Virus record (IMG/VR): IMGVR_UViG_3300028048_000198
Location: 1 to 47,508 of that record
Direction: 5' to 3' (one strand)
Source: a virus
DNA: 47,508 bases
The translations under genes were made by a program, and so were the position numbers. Shown one piece after another: positions 17,801-26,713 of the stretch (position 1 is the first letter of the stretch; every line of letters starts with the position of its first letter). The notes below the pieces were generated by a model. The model ran no database searches. It had not been told where the DNA came from and worked only from the letters and a program-made list of their open reading frames with translations.

Positions 17801-19223
17801 GAGCATGGCATCCCATGCTTAAGTTTAAAGGAACTACTTGGAAATCTGCATCTCCAAAAGCATTTGACATCTTGTATATTCTAAACTTAGTGAATATTAC
17901 ATAAACATTCCTAAAGAATATTATTTTTGTTATCTTATCCGTAGGTTCTATTGGTAGTGAAACATAGTTATAGTTTGGAATATAGTTGAAGTTATTTAAT
18001 TCACTAAACCATATTGTATCATCTTTGAAATATACAGCTCTATTGTACATTTCTAACATTTCATACTCACCAATATTAAGGTTTGTTACAGGCTTAACTT
18101 CTGGGTCTACAGCACCTACATCATAATAGTCATAGTAATCATTAATAGTTGCACCAGTTTTAGTTATCTTTATTTCAACATTGCTTGTAGGAGTGGTTGT
18201 GAATGTTACATCATAACATTTTAATCCAGTTGTACTATAGTCTGTATTTAAAGTAACACTAGCACTTCTTTCATACTCTCCTTCTTTGAATGTTATATCA
18301 AACCCACTATCTGAACCAGTATATAATACATTAATTCTAAACTTACCAACACTAGGAATTACAGTTGTAGGTTTATTATCAGTTGTTGTTAAATAAATAC
18401 CTTGAATACTGTCTGTAGATAATCCTTGATAATCTACCCAATGTAGTGGATCATCACCTAGAACATTGAAACCTACTTTTCTAATTTCCATTGGACTTGG
18501 TTTATAAGCATTGTTTGGCTCAGAACCTATATTAGAACCAAAGTAAGAGAATGTATCATTAGTTCTATCAAAACAAACAAGACCTTTATTATTATTTGTA
18601 AAATATATTTTATCAAAGAATTCTATTGTATTAATATTTGTTAAGTTTCTATCCCACTTGAATACAACTGGTAGTTCTTGTATATCCTCAGTAAGTATTA
18701 TTGTTTCTGTATCTGTAGGATCTCCTTCTTGATCATACTCCAATTCTGGAAGTGTACAAGAATATAACCATGATTTAGATTTATTAGTTTGATTATTTGT
18801 AGTTATAAATAATAGTTTAAATGAATTGTTTTGAGCACCATATAATTGTTGATATTTTCTATAAGCTTTATCACCTGTAAATGCTGATAAATTCCTAAAG
18901 CAGTTATTGTCATTTATTAACAGTTTCATATAAACTATGTTATCATTATAATCTTCTGGATTTGGGTTTTCTTCTGTCTTATTTTTAACTTCTGGAGTTT
19001 CGCTAAACTTAGCAAAAATTTCTGAAACAGCATTAAGTTTACCAAATCCCATTCGTTTATATAGAGAACCTCTTTTATCCATATTAAAGTTAACTATTGA
19101 CTTAAATTCATTATCTGCACTACCATCATCACTAAAATCCGTATTAATACCACCATCTAATTGGTCTATAAGATAAAACAACTTATTCTCAGAGTTTCCT
19201 CTATATGTTTGGTATTTTCCCAT
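14826..19223 (-). CDS. Giant tail protein (1465 aa) carrying at least two LamG / concanavalin-A-like lectin modules
   Basis: EDASGNGHDAKTVGDLIIKPGIGVNLDGNNNYIKTG and DKSGNSLTGNIIGTVDWVVENGIKFDGKNGYITIP are Laminin_G_3-type openings. LVDGEIFG...GYITDFKLL and LFSGTLYNLKI are typical domain ends. Confidence 0.65.
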   Translation of the reverse strand: MGKYQTYRGNSENKLFYLIDQLDGGINTDFSDDGSADNEFKSIVNFNMDKRGSLYKRMGFGKLNAVSEIFAKFSETPEVKNKTEENPNPEDYNDNIVYMKLLINDNNCFRNLSAFTGDKAYRKYQQLYGAQNNSFKLLFITTNNQTNKSKSWLYSCTLPELEYDQEGDPTDTETIILTEDIQELPVVFKWDRNLTNINTIEFFDKIYFTNNNKGLVCFDRTNDTFSYFGSNIGSEPNNAYKPSPMEIRKVGFNVLGDDPLHWVDYQGLSTDSIQGIYLTTTDNKPTTVIPSVGKFRINVLYTGSDSGFDITFKEGEYERSASVTLNTDYSTTGLKCYDVTFTTTPTSNVEIKITKTGATINDYYDYYDVGAVDPEVKPVTNLNIGEYEMLEMYNRAVYFKDDTIWFSELNNFNYIPNYNYVSLPIEPTDKITKIIFFRNVYVIFTKFRIYKMSNAFGDADFQVVPLNLSMGCHAPNTIVPIENVLYFASSRGIYQLISSAAYGNSSNSITFENVKEIDTKVKSLTSNVTMYLGELTDPAVRYNGISEHSYAIRYKDKYMLFFNTAYEQGDIAALKNLDVLVYNYDLKAFTEMRFPEKPTFMFMVDGAIEAYCTVPQKEEYSVEETLLEYNFGDTENGIVEDASGNGHDAKTVGDLIIKPGIGVNLDGNNNYIKTGVIRSDFNLKNGFKVLANTNIDSINDAYLYNLKQATATGQATPQTFTISTNWANGYKADLICRTTPDNINRTVTVNYTLKYYRSSTSINNRQSGKFLLKDTTNNTNLINETNFTFDLGSTLSKEVKTGSFVINQGDTQYSHNWKLTVSSSYPTYRTRREKGANTSFDVVKNSQFSNLYGIRIVGTAVATDTGCRITYTPYGHCANYGSLYIGDRDLYAFINGTQHNHRTPTINNDGNGAKDYSGGQQTQDISYNGQPTISIDARWNIRATIGSTYQENVEIDAFNFTLPLSKNVQETTWHSFSISGSYNVVLEQMLNLSYKNLAIKINSANSVDVICNSEYTEFTTTINSQMSLLGEHNIEVDYNKTDNVYTVIILVDGEIFGQTTVPQDAIVNANRDSSILGLGITGYITDFKLLLADNRRIIDYDFDAGQGTYITDKSGNSLTGNIIGTVDWVVENGIKFDGKNGYITIPTLRSNIPFSNGYSIEFEGKFANAEQISKIIDLASDYNTGSLGDLKCSINCGKLDNTNNITFESYGISKKRTNITEGSINLLEKHKWKYNVTDNGKNYELNLYCDDILVSTDTFNYGGISNVIRRSNFIGKSNRPGDDLFSGTLYNLKITINKSPNPAPIYENDMFEYDTSYDDFGKDMEIELETKGINLQYPIHNKKLKNIFIKGLGGYRYKEFFCEVYVDGHLVNDPYKYNYTIEEGTGTVIYDYTEIKNLSFDEKISLLGNMRLDKTKLGESAYQTKKLVIPCKGKNFSLKIYGMSSDYLSIESFGFVCKLGKVKED

Positions 19224-19240
19224 TTTTATTCACCTACTTT

Positions 19241-19699
19241 CTAGTATGAGCCACCATTACCGTTACTTCCAAAAAATCCCATATTTATAGCATTAGATGT
19301 ATCTATACCGTAAACTCCACCATAACCTATACTATTTATATACTCTCCAGAAAGACCATTTTCAGTATCTCCTTGTTCATAAGCTTCAACTAGAGAACCT
19401 ATATTGTCTTTAAAAGTATTAAGTGCTTTGTAAAATTCATCAAGATATAAATTTGCTTCTGATAAAGAACTATCATTCATCTTTATACCATAAGATAAGT
19501 ATGGACTTATCATATCATATTGCCAAACAGCTGGAATTGCTGTGTATTCGCTTGTTGTGTCTGCATAAAAAGGAAATAAGGTCTTACATTCTGCATTAAT
19601 TCTAGAAATTGCTCTATTAGCAATACTTACTATCTGTTCTACAGAAAAGTTTTCATCTGTAAAAATTGCAGAATTATCCATAATCTTTGCTAATGTCAT
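19241..19699 (-). CDS. Virion protein, possible head-tail adaptor (position-based)
   Basis: 152-aa ORF between the head genes and the giant tail gene, with its own promoter. No motif recognised with certainty. Confidence 0.4.
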   Translation of the reverse strand: MTLAKIMDNSAIFTDENFSVEQIVSIANRAISRINAECKTLFPFYADTTSEYTAIPAVWQYDMISPYLSYGIKMNDSSLSEANLYLDEFYKALNTFKDNIGSLVEAYEQGDTENGLSGEYINSIGYGGVYGIDTSNAINMGFFGSNGNGGSY

Positions 19700-19720
19700 A
19701 TAATCACCTTCTTTATAATA

Positions 19721-19749
19721 ATTATAACATAAAAAAAGTTTATAGTAAA
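19721..19749 (-). promoter_or_regulatory. Sigma-A-type promoter with extended -10
   Basis: Minus strand TTTACT-17-TGtTATAAT; the -35 is embedded in the preceding terminator hairpin. Confidence 0.5.
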
Positions 19750-19762
19750 CAATACTATAAAC
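19731..19762 (-). terminator. Rho-independent terminator after the 161-aa gene
   Basis: Minus strand gtttatagta-ttgtt-tactataaac followed by ttttttt. Confidence 0.75.
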
Positions 19763-19767
19763 TAAAA

Positions 19768-20253
19768 CTATGCTTCTCTTCTGTCTTCTATTACTTCTTT
19801 TGGAGTATTGCTCTCTGATACTTCATGTATTTTTTCCATAATTTTATTGTAAATAAATTCTGGGAATTCTTGTATTGAACCATCAAATTTAATTGTTACA
19901 GGTATGGCATTATAAAGGAATGTATATTCCTTACCGAAAAATTGAGCATATATTGTTTCTCCTCTAAATTTAACGACTTTGTCTTTCTTACACTTATCTA
20001 ACATGAATTTCATTTTCTCTTTTATGTAAATTTTTTCTGCTTCTTTCATACTTAATTCACTATTAGCATCTATTGCAGCTTTAAGAGCAGCAGTAGCAGC
20101 AGCATTTTTAAGAGCATCATCTGCTTTTTTAACACTTTTATTTGTTTCTTTTGTATTAGACTTTTGACTTTCTTTTTTAGGTTTTTCAGGTTCAGTACCT
20201 AAACCTAAATCTTTATCAGTTAATTCTGGTTTGTTCTTTTCTAAATCTTCCAT
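19768..20253 (-). CDS. Hypothetical head-module protein (161 aa; Lys/Glu/Ala-rich N-terminus)
   Basis: ORF bracketed by terminator-promoter couplets downstream of the capsid gene. Confidence 0.6.
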   Translation of the reverse strand: MEDLEKNKPELTDKDLGLGTEPEKPKKESQKSNTKETNKSVKKADDALKNAAATAALKAAIDANSELSMKEAEKIYIKEKMKFMLDKCKKDKVVKFRGETIYAQFFGKEYTFLYNAIPVTIKFDGSIQEFPEFIYNKIMEKIHEVSESNTPKEVIEDRREA

Positions 20254-20275
20254 ATTCCATTTCTCCTTCCATTTT

Positions 20276-20304
20276 ATTATAGCAGTTAATTACAAAGTTG
20301 TAAA
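20276..20304 (-). promoter_or_regulatory. Sigma-A-type promoter (proximal of two)
   Basis: Minus strand TTTACA-17-TGcTATAAT. Confidence 0.5.
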
Positions 20305-20315
20305 CCCTCTTTATC

Positions 20316-20344
20316 ATTATACAACAAAAAAGACTATTTTTCAA
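20316..20344 (-). promoter_or_regulatory. Sigma-A-type promoter (distal), -35 in the terminator loop
   Basis: Minus strand TTGAAA-17-TATAAT. Confidence 0.5.
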
Positions 20345-20351
20345 TAGTCTT
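20325..20351 (-). terminator. Rho-independent terminator after the major capsid gene
   Basis: Minus strand aagactatt-gaaa-aatagtctt followed by tttttt. Confidence 0.75.
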
Positions 20352-20366
20352 ATAATATCAAATTTC

Positions 20367-21392
20367 TTAGTTTTGTGAAGCAGGTTGACCAGCAACATCG
20401 CCTGACCAGTCATCTACATAAACATCAAATCCAGATGCAGAATAAACTCTTGTAATTGAAACTGGATCTGTTACTTTAGCACCAGTCCACATTTTATAAC
20501 CAAATGTAGCTTTTTGTGCTAGTGGATCGGCTTTATCAGCTGTAAATCCTGTATCATAGAACTTAACATTTCCATTTCCTAATTTAATAACCATATAAGG
20601 ATCTCTACCTAAAACATAAGAAGTGTATATGTTTACATCGCTTGAATTTGCAGCAACTGGACAAATTAAACTATCCATAAAATGCATTCCGTATGCTTTA
20701 TATTTAGCTAAAGTTCCTTGTTTAATAGGAGTATTTTCACCACCAGGTACTAACAATTTCTTTTCTAGAACTGGATCATCTAGTAAATCATTCATTACAT
20801 TTGGATGCATAACAACAGCGAAATCTCCACCAAATCTTCTGTGTCCTGTTCTATTGTGATTAGTCATAGATAATGAAACAACTCTAAGATCTTTAAGTGT
20901 TAAAACATCACTAGCATCAAGATCATTTACACCAGTGTTTCCAACACCTACAAAATATTCAGAAGCATCTGAAAAACTTTCAATTATGTTTCTTTCACGA
21001 ACTTCTGCTGCGTGTCTTGCTAATTCAGGTTGATAAATTGTTTTAATGTTATCAAAGTGAACATCAGCAGCAACATCTGTTTCTTCCATTACAACACCAT
21101 ATTGATTAACAACACCACTAACTTTGTGTGCTTCTGGTTTTAAAGCAGTTGGAGCAACACCTTCTGTTAATCTGTGTTTTCCTTGATTATCATAAGGAAT
21201 ATGATTATATCTTCGAACTGTATATGTTTTAGTACCTTCATGTAAAGGAATTGCAACCTCAGTACCTAATTCACTAAATACGAAATTTGATTTTTCCAAT
21301 TTGATCATTTCTAATATTCTTCTTGACCAATATTCAGCTTGGCTAATACCATTTCTTTGTAATACAGCCAATGTAGTATTTGCAGCAGCCAT
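20367..21392 (-). CDS. Major capsid protein (HK97 fold, N4-gp56-like family)
   Basis: 341 aa in the position after the scaffold gene. EYWSRRILE...TYTVRRYNHIP...LTEGVAP resembles the N4-gp56-type capsid N-terminal region. Confidence 0.75.
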   Translation of the reverse strand: MAAANTTLAVLQRNGISQAEYWSRRILEMIKLEKSNFVFSELGTEVAIPLHEGTKTYTVRRYNHIPYDNQGKHRLTEGVAPTALKPEAHKVSGVVNQYGVVMEETDVAADVHFDNIKTIYQPELARHAAEVRERNIIESFSDASEYFVGVGNTGVNDLDASDVLTLKDLRVVSLSMTNHNRTGHRRFGGDFAVVMHPNVMNDLLDDPVLEKKLLVPGGENTPIKQGTLAKYKAYGMHFMDSLICPVAANSSDVNIYTSYVLGRDPYMVIKLGNGNVKFYDTGFTADKADPLAQKATFGYKMWTGAKVTDPVSITRVYSASGFDVYVDDWSGDVAGQPASQN

Positions 21393-21417
21393 ATTTACAC
21401 CTAACCTTTCTTAATCC

Positions 21418-22284
21418 CTAATTGTAAAAATTATCGGCCTTATACTGTTTCATTTCTTTAGCAATTAATTCATCTAGAGATAAACTATCACTAGAAGCTG
21501 AACCAGTGTGCTTGTCATCGCTTATACTATCTAAATTTGACAATTTATCAATTTGTTTTTGTTTAGAAAGTTCTGCGATTTTATCTGATAATATACCTTT
21601 AATAAGAATTTCTGGATTTGGAATTTCTAGTAAAGTATCTACAGAAAAACCTGCTTCTTCTAATTTATTGAAAATTTCATTTCTTCCATCTTCACCTAGA
21701 TTATAATCAGCTACAGCTTTATCCACAGCACTCTTGAAATTAGCAGCTTTATTAACAAGTTCAGTTTCCTTTTGTTTTTGCTCCAACTCAGCAATTCTTC
21801 TATTGCTTTCTTGTAACTGAGCATAAAGTACAGGATCTAAACCTTTGTTTTTTGCTTCTTGTTCAAGTCTTGCTTTTTCATAATCTGCTTGGAATTTCTT
21901 CACATCAGTATATCCATACTGAGCAGCCATTCTACTTAAAAATTCACTTTCCTCATTTTTCTGATTTAATTGATTTTTTAAATCTGAATTTTCTTTTCTA
22001 ATCTTACTAAATGCAAATTCTTTTTTATCATCTGCACTAGGTTTACTATCAGAATTTTGTGTTTGTGTTTCTGTTTCTTCATTAGTAGTATCTTTTTCGT
22101 TACCATCATCTTCAATGTTTTCATTCATCTCAGGACTTAGATTTTCATCTTCTTCTGTGTCTGAACTAGTTACATCTCCATCTGTTTCTTCGTTATCTAC
22201 ATCTATACTAGAAGTATCAGTGATATTAAACTGACTATCTAACATAGCATCAATATCTTCTACAGTATTCAACTCATTGTTCAT
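21418..22284 (-). CDS. Scaffolding protein
   Basis: Very acidic N-terminus (TDGDVTSSDTEEDENL...) followed by a long coiled coil; located between portal and capsid. Confidence 0.7.
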   Translation of the reverse strand: MNNELNTVEDIDAMLDSQFNITDTSSIDVDNEETDGDVTSSDTEEDENLSPEMNENIEDDGNEKDTTNEETETQTQNSDSKPSADDKKEFAFSKIRKENSDLKNQLNQKNEESEFLSRMAAQYGYTDVKKFQADYEKARLEQEAKNKGLDPVLYAQLQESNRRIAELEQKQKETELVNKAANFKSAVDKAVADYNLGEDGRNEIFNKLEEAGFSVDTLLEIPNPEILIKGILSDKIAELSKQKQIDKLSNLDSISDDKHTGSASSDSLSLDELIAKEMKQYKADNFYN

Positions 22285-22377
22285 ATTTATCTTCCCTTCT
22301 TCACATAATTATTTTAACTCGCTATGGTACGAGTTCTAAATATGACTAATCTGAAATATTCCTATCTCATCAACAAC

Positions 22378-22406
22378 ATTATACAATAAAAATTTAAAAA
22401 TGTAAA
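22378..22406 (-). promoter_or_regulatory. Sigma-A-type promoter for the scaffold-capsid unit
   Basis: Minus strand TTTACA-17-TATAAT. A roughly 90-nt leader follows, with the hairpin aactcg-taccatag-cgagtt. Confidence 0.55.
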
Positions 22407-22415
22407 CAATAAATT

Positions 22416-22438
22416 GAAAAAAGCATATTTCTATGCTT
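22416..22438 (-). terminator. Rho-independent terminator overlapping the portal stop codon
   Basis: Minus strand aagcata-gaaa-tatgctt followed by ttttt. Confidence 0.6.
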
Positions 22439-24359
22439 CTTTTGGTATTTCCATCTGATTTAACATTGTTGTTTCTGGACCTTCTAATTGTTGTGCTAGA
22501 GCATTTGTATCAGCCTGTCCTTGTGGTGTAGCCATTAATGTTTCTGTAGCAGCATCCATTTGTTGGTTAGCTTGTTCAATTTGTTGTTGTGTTGCTTGTT
22601 CTATAAATTGTAAAACTTCTTGAACAGCTGGAGTATCTTTTTGATTTGCAATAATCTCTGCCATAGCTTGTTGTAATAATTCTGGATCTACTCCTACTTC
22701 CATTCCTGATTGATATAATTGTGTAATTGCATCTGCTTTAGTTTCTGCATCTTGGAATGTTAATGTGTTATATCTAGCAATTATTTCATCTTTTCTTTCA
22801 ATATCAGAATTCTTTATAATGTCACTAACTGTAACTGTTTTAACTGGGGCATCATATTGTCTTTCTAATTGGAAAATTTCTAACAATAAATCTTTTTGTT
22901 TTTCTCTATTATATGGTGTCTTTGTTTCTAGTTCTATGTAATAGTTATAATTAGTACTGTCCTTCATATCTTCTTCATCTGGAAGTTTTACTGTTGTAAA
23001 TTTATATTTACCATCTGGTTGTTTACCATCATTATATGATAATTCCTCACCAGCATAAGTTCTCTTAATATACTCAATTAATATCTCAGTAACATCTTCT
23101 ACAAATTCTTTTATATTAGATAATACTTTGTTTTCTATTATTGTTGCTCTACTAATTGCACTATCTGTACCACTCTTTGTATTACCAGCTGTACCTACAT
23201 TTCCTAGGAATTGTTGTGTATTTCCTGTTATCTTATCAATTTGTGTAATGTAGTCATTTTTAATGTTTAATGTTTCTTGTTTTATTTGAGGTGGAACTAC
23301 TGGTTTAATTGCATTGTCTAAGTTACCATCAACAGCATAAACTACACCTGGAGCACCATTAGCCTTAGCAACTACTTTAGGATCAACTCCACAGCCTTTT
23401 CTAACCATCATACTAGGAGCAGCATAAGCAATAGCAGTGTTTGTTACAGCACTCTCTATAGATGTTACAGCCTTTTGTAAAGACAAAACGTCATCCATTA
23501 ATGATAAACCATAACAACTTTGTGCAGCTTTCTTCCATCTTATTTGAGCTATAGGGAATATTGGAAATTTCATTTCGTTTTCTTCAACAATAATTCCACT
23601 TACTAAAACAACTTTATAAAGTTTTCCACCTTTTTTCTTTCCATAATAAGTTATTACAGTTTTTACATCTTCTTGCTCAGTTGTATAGTCATTATCATAG
23701 TAAACTTCTCCTCTATCCTCTGGAGTATAGTTATCTGCAATAGCTTCTATATTTTTTAACTTTGGATATTTTTCTTCCAATTCTTCTTTACTTATTCTAT
23801 CAGTAACAAAAATATATCTTGCTTTTTTAAGACTTCTTGCATTAGGATCTATGTAAATTCTAGCAGGTTCAATACTATATGCTTCTAATTTACCTAAAAC
23901 CTTTTTACCTTTTGTTCCTACTGTTCCATTTTTATCTAGAACTATGTGACAATATCCTTCTCTGACAACAGCACAAGTACTTATACATTCACGCACAATG
24001 TCATCCATGTTAAGTCTTTTCCATTCTCTTTTATAAACCTCGGAAAGTTTATCCACATTTTCTACATCTTCTACTCCTAAAGGTAAAAGTTCTCCAATAT
24101 AATCATTTGCTAATAATGATGCAACACGATTATCTATAGCAACTGATGCATAAGGAGTATTCATGTTTACTACCCATGGAGTATCATTTCTAAATTTTTT
24201 CAATAAATGCTGGTTTCCTTGATAGAAAGCCATGTTTTCAGCATAAGCATTTTTTCTAGAACTATTAAATGTTTTAGCCTTTTCAAATTTAGCTAAATAT
24301 GGTTTTGCTTTATCAAGCTCATCAGACATATTTATTATTTTTGGTTCTTTTTCTTCCAT
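22431..24359 (-). CDS. Portal protein
   Basis: 642 aa located directly after TerL and a small ORF; the size, position and Gln-rich acidic C-terminus are typical. Confidence 0.8.
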   Translation of the reverse strand: MEEKEPKIINMSDELDKAKPYLAKFEKAKTFNSSRKNAYAENMAFYQGNQHLLKKFRNDTPWVVNMNTPYASVAIDNRVASLLANDYIGELLPLGVEDVENVDKLSEVYKREWKRLNMDDIVRECISTCAVVREGYCHIVLDKNGTVGTKGKKVLGKLEAYSIEPARIYIDPNARSLKKARYIFVTDRISKEELEEKYPKLKNIEAIADNYTPEDRGEVYYDNDYTTEQEDVKTVITYYGKKKGGKLYKVVLVSGIIVEENEMKFPIFPIAQIRWKKAAQSCYGLSLMDDVLSLQKAVTSIESAVTNTAIAYAAPSMMVRKGCGVDPKVVAKANGAPGVVYAVDGNLDNAIKPVVPPQIKQETLNIKNDYITQIDKITGNTQQFLGNVGTAGNTKSGTDSAISRATIIENKVLSNIKEFVEDVTEILIEYIKRTYAGEELSYNDGKQPDGKYKFTTVKLPDEEDMKDSTNYNYYIELETKTPYNREKQKDLLLEIFQLERQYDAPVKTVTVSDIIKNSDIERKDEIIARYNTLTFQDAETKADAITQLYQSGMEVGVDPELLQQAMAEIIANQKDTPAVQEVLQFIEQATQQQIEQANQQMDAATETLMATPQGQADTNALAQQLEGPETTMLNQMEIPKEA

Positions 24360-24361
24360 TA

Positions 24362-24532
24362 TTATTCACCATCCTTATTGATATATTCTTTTACATAATC
24401 TGGAGTGCCATCTAAGTAAACTCCAGTTCCTAATGAACCAGTTTCTAAATCATGTATTCTTTTTTCTAGCTCATTAATTGTTAATGTAAGTTTATCAACT
24501 TTTTCAGTTAATTCTTTTATTTTATCTTCCAT
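24362..24532 (-). CDS. Hypothetical 56-aa coiled-coil protein (below track cutoff)
   Basis: MEDKIKELTEKVDKLTLTINELEKRIHDLE...; SD aggaggtg 5 nt upstream. It fills the TerL-portal gap exactly. Confidence 0.6.
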   Translation of the reverse strand: MEDKIKELTEKVDKLTLTINELEKRIHDLETGSLGTGVYLDGTPDYVKEYINKDGE

Positions 24533-24543
24533 AATAACACCTC

Positions 24544-26115
24544 CTAATTAAGATTATACATACCTATTCCGTATGCTCCACCTTCACCCTCAGACAGAAA
24601 ATCACTTATATCTGTATCAGGTTTAAGTCTATTTATTAATGTATCCTTATTTAAAACAAGTTCAAGTCTATCTGTACTATAACATTCCTTGAAGTCTAAT
24701 GGTAAACCCATACACAAATACCTTAATGCATCCATCAAGTGGTTATTTCTATCTACTGGGTCATCTGATTGAATACCATCTTTATCAGTTTTCCAAACAT
24801 ATTTACCAGCTTCTTCTTTAAGATTAACACAACTTGTAAAAAATTTAAGTTTTCCTAAATACATAAAATCTCTTACTCTATCTATACCATCTTGTATATC
24901 ATTATTTCCTTCTTCTAGCCAAATACCACTGACTTGATAGAAGTATTGTTGATAACTAACACCATCTCTATCATTCCTATTTCTTACTGATGGATCGGCT
25001 TGTATTCCTTTATACATTCTAACACCATCAACCATTTCTTTAATTCTTCTAGCATGGAATGTTATTGCTTTTTGACTTTCATAATATTCATCATAGATAT
25101 AGCATATTCCAGTATTTGGATCTATAGCACCACAACATAAACAAGTAGCATCAGACCAACCCTTATCAAATCCAAATATTCTTAACCAGTTGCTTGGTAT
25201 AGGGAAAGGATCAACTATATTATCTACAAATTCAGGATAAACAGCACCCTCTTTGACTTCAAGATAACAATAAATATATTTTCTTATCCATTTTTCACTC
25301 TTACCAACACAAGTATCTGCAATAAATGTGCTAGGCAAGTATTTATTATCAACAGATGCAGATAAGAATGAATGGTATGAACTTTCAGGTCTTTTAGTCT
25401 TAAGTTTATCATAAGACGATGTATCTACACTTTTACTAGCAAATATCTTACCAGACCTTAATAGGAACTCATCTCTTATCCAGCCTTCTTCTGGGTTACT
25501 TTCTACAATACCCATGAACTTATGTTCTATCTCATAACCAGCTTTATCTTTAACAACAGCAGCCCTATTTCTCAAACGAGTTTGTAATTGTGTAAAAATA
25601 TTGTATGCGACACCAGATGCTTCTATTATCCAGAAAGCTGTAAGGTTCAATGACCTTATTTTTTCTTCATCATTACTTGCATATACTACAATCTCATGAC
25701 CATTAGTCAATGTATATTTTGGTAATGGAGTTTTTGTTTGTTTAAGTATAAACCATGGAGGTAAAAATTTCTCTAATTCTGGAAGTACAGCCTCTCTAAC
25801 TTGTTGTAATGACTGAGCTGTTATAAGAGTTCTACCATTAGCTACATCAAATGCATGGTTTGAAATTTCATCAGCTCCCATAGTAGTTTTACCAGAACCA
25901 TACCCACCAATATTTAATCTAAATTTTGCTTTTGATTTATGAAAATTAACTTGGTGAGGGGCAGGTTTATAATCAATAAGAGTTGCTAAGCAAGTATCAC
26001 ATCTACCATAGAACACGCTCTCATGTACTTTAATTTCTCCACCACATAGAGGACATTTATATAGTTTATATCCATCATCAGAATAACCTTTAAAAACTAA
26101 ATCATCAACATGCAT
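24544..26115 (-). CDS. terL: Terminase large subunit with N-terminal zinc-ribbon extension
   Basis: Walker A is GGYGSGKTT. The nuclease half includes DDPVDRNNHLMDALRY. The N-terminus contains CPLCGG...17 aa...CDTC. Confidence 0.85.
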   Translation of the reverse strand: MHVDDLVFKGYSDDGYKLYKCPLCGGEIKVHESVFYGRCDTCLATLIDYKPAPHQVNFHKSKAKFRLNIGGYGSGKTTMGADEISNHAFDVANGRTLITAQSLQQVREAVLPELEKFLPPWFILKQTKTPLPKYTLTNGHEIVVYASNDEEKIRSLNLTAFWIIEASGVAYNIFTQLQTRLRNRAAVVKDKAGYEIEHKFMGIVESNPEEGWIRDEFLLRSGKIFASKSVDTSSYDKLKTKRPESSYHSFLSASVDNKYLPSTFIADTCVGKSEKWIRKYIYCYLEVKEGAVYPEFVDNIVDPFPIPSNWLRIFGFDKGWSDATCLCCGAIDPNTGICYIYDEYYESQKAITFHARRIKEMVDGVRMYKGIQADPSVRNRNDRDGVSYQQYFYQVSGIWLEEGNNDIQDGIDRVRDFMYLGKLKFFTSCVNLKEEAGKYVWKTDKDGIQSDDPVDRNNHLMDALRYLCMGLPLDFKECYSTDRLELVLNKDTLINRLKPDTDISDFLSEGEGGAYGIGMYNLN

Positions 26116-26537
26116 TAGTCAAAATCCACCTTTTCAGGAATTCTAATCAATATTATGTTTGAATTATTAATAGCTGGACCTCTATTTTCCATAGACTTCT
26201 TAATGTTAACAGCATTTTTATCACCATCCATAAGTCCTTTATCAGCAACATTCATAATCTTTTCATCTCTGAACGATTGAATATATTTTCTAACTACAGG
26301 ATAGTTTAAGAATTCCTTCCAAGTATCCACACCTAAAGGTATAGTACTATTCATCTCTATTGAAGTCTTATTAATATTTTCATCAAATTTTTCCATAAAT
26401 AGAGTAGCAAGTGATATATAAGACATCCTTTGTTCTCTATTTTCTTTCTTTTTTAAGTTGTCATCATTCTTAATTAAATCTAGAAGAACATTTTGTTTTT
26501 TCTTAACATTCTTCTTTATTTTTTCTAATTCTTCCAT
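26115..26537 (-). CDS. terS: Terminase small subunit candidate
   Basis: 140-aa ORF whose stop overlaps the TerL start. It is the first gene after a terminator-promoter pair. The call is positional. Confidence 0.55.
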   Translation of the reverse strand: MEELEKIKKNVKKKQNVLLDLIKNDDNLKKKENREQRMSYISLATLFMEKFDENINKTSIEMNSTIPLGVDTWKEFLNYPVVRKYIQSFRDEKIMNVADKGLMDGDKNAVNIKKSMENRGPAINNSNIILIRIPEKVDFD

Positions 26538-26562
26538 ATCTTCACCACCAGTTTCTATATAA

Positions 26563-26591
26563 ATTATATACCATATTTAAAAATTTTACAA
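26563..26591 (-). promoter_or_regulatory. Sigma-A-type promoter for the packaging/head genes
   Basis: Minus strand TTGTAA-17-TATAAT, 25 nt upstream of the terS ATG. Confidence 0.55.
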
Positions 26592-26592
26592 C

Positions 26593-26618
26593 AATAAAAG
26601 GGAGTATTAAATACTCCC
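26593..26618 (-). terminator. Rho-independent terminator (second of two after the accessory cassette)
   Basis: Minus strand gggagtat-tta-atactccc followed by ttttatt. Confidence 0.7.
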
Positions 26619-26713
26619 AACCAGTTGAAATGGAATTGATGATGCAACCGAGTACTAAAATATAAATATTAATACTCACATTTATTATATAATATATTTT
26701 ATTAAAAGTAAAC

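Noticed and set aside
20216-20413. 65-aa same-strand ORF bridging the capsid stop and the 161-aa gene start (also 30093-30308 and 29615-29812)
   Set aside because: It runs through terminator and promoter sequence and overlaps better-supported ORFs. It has no SD.
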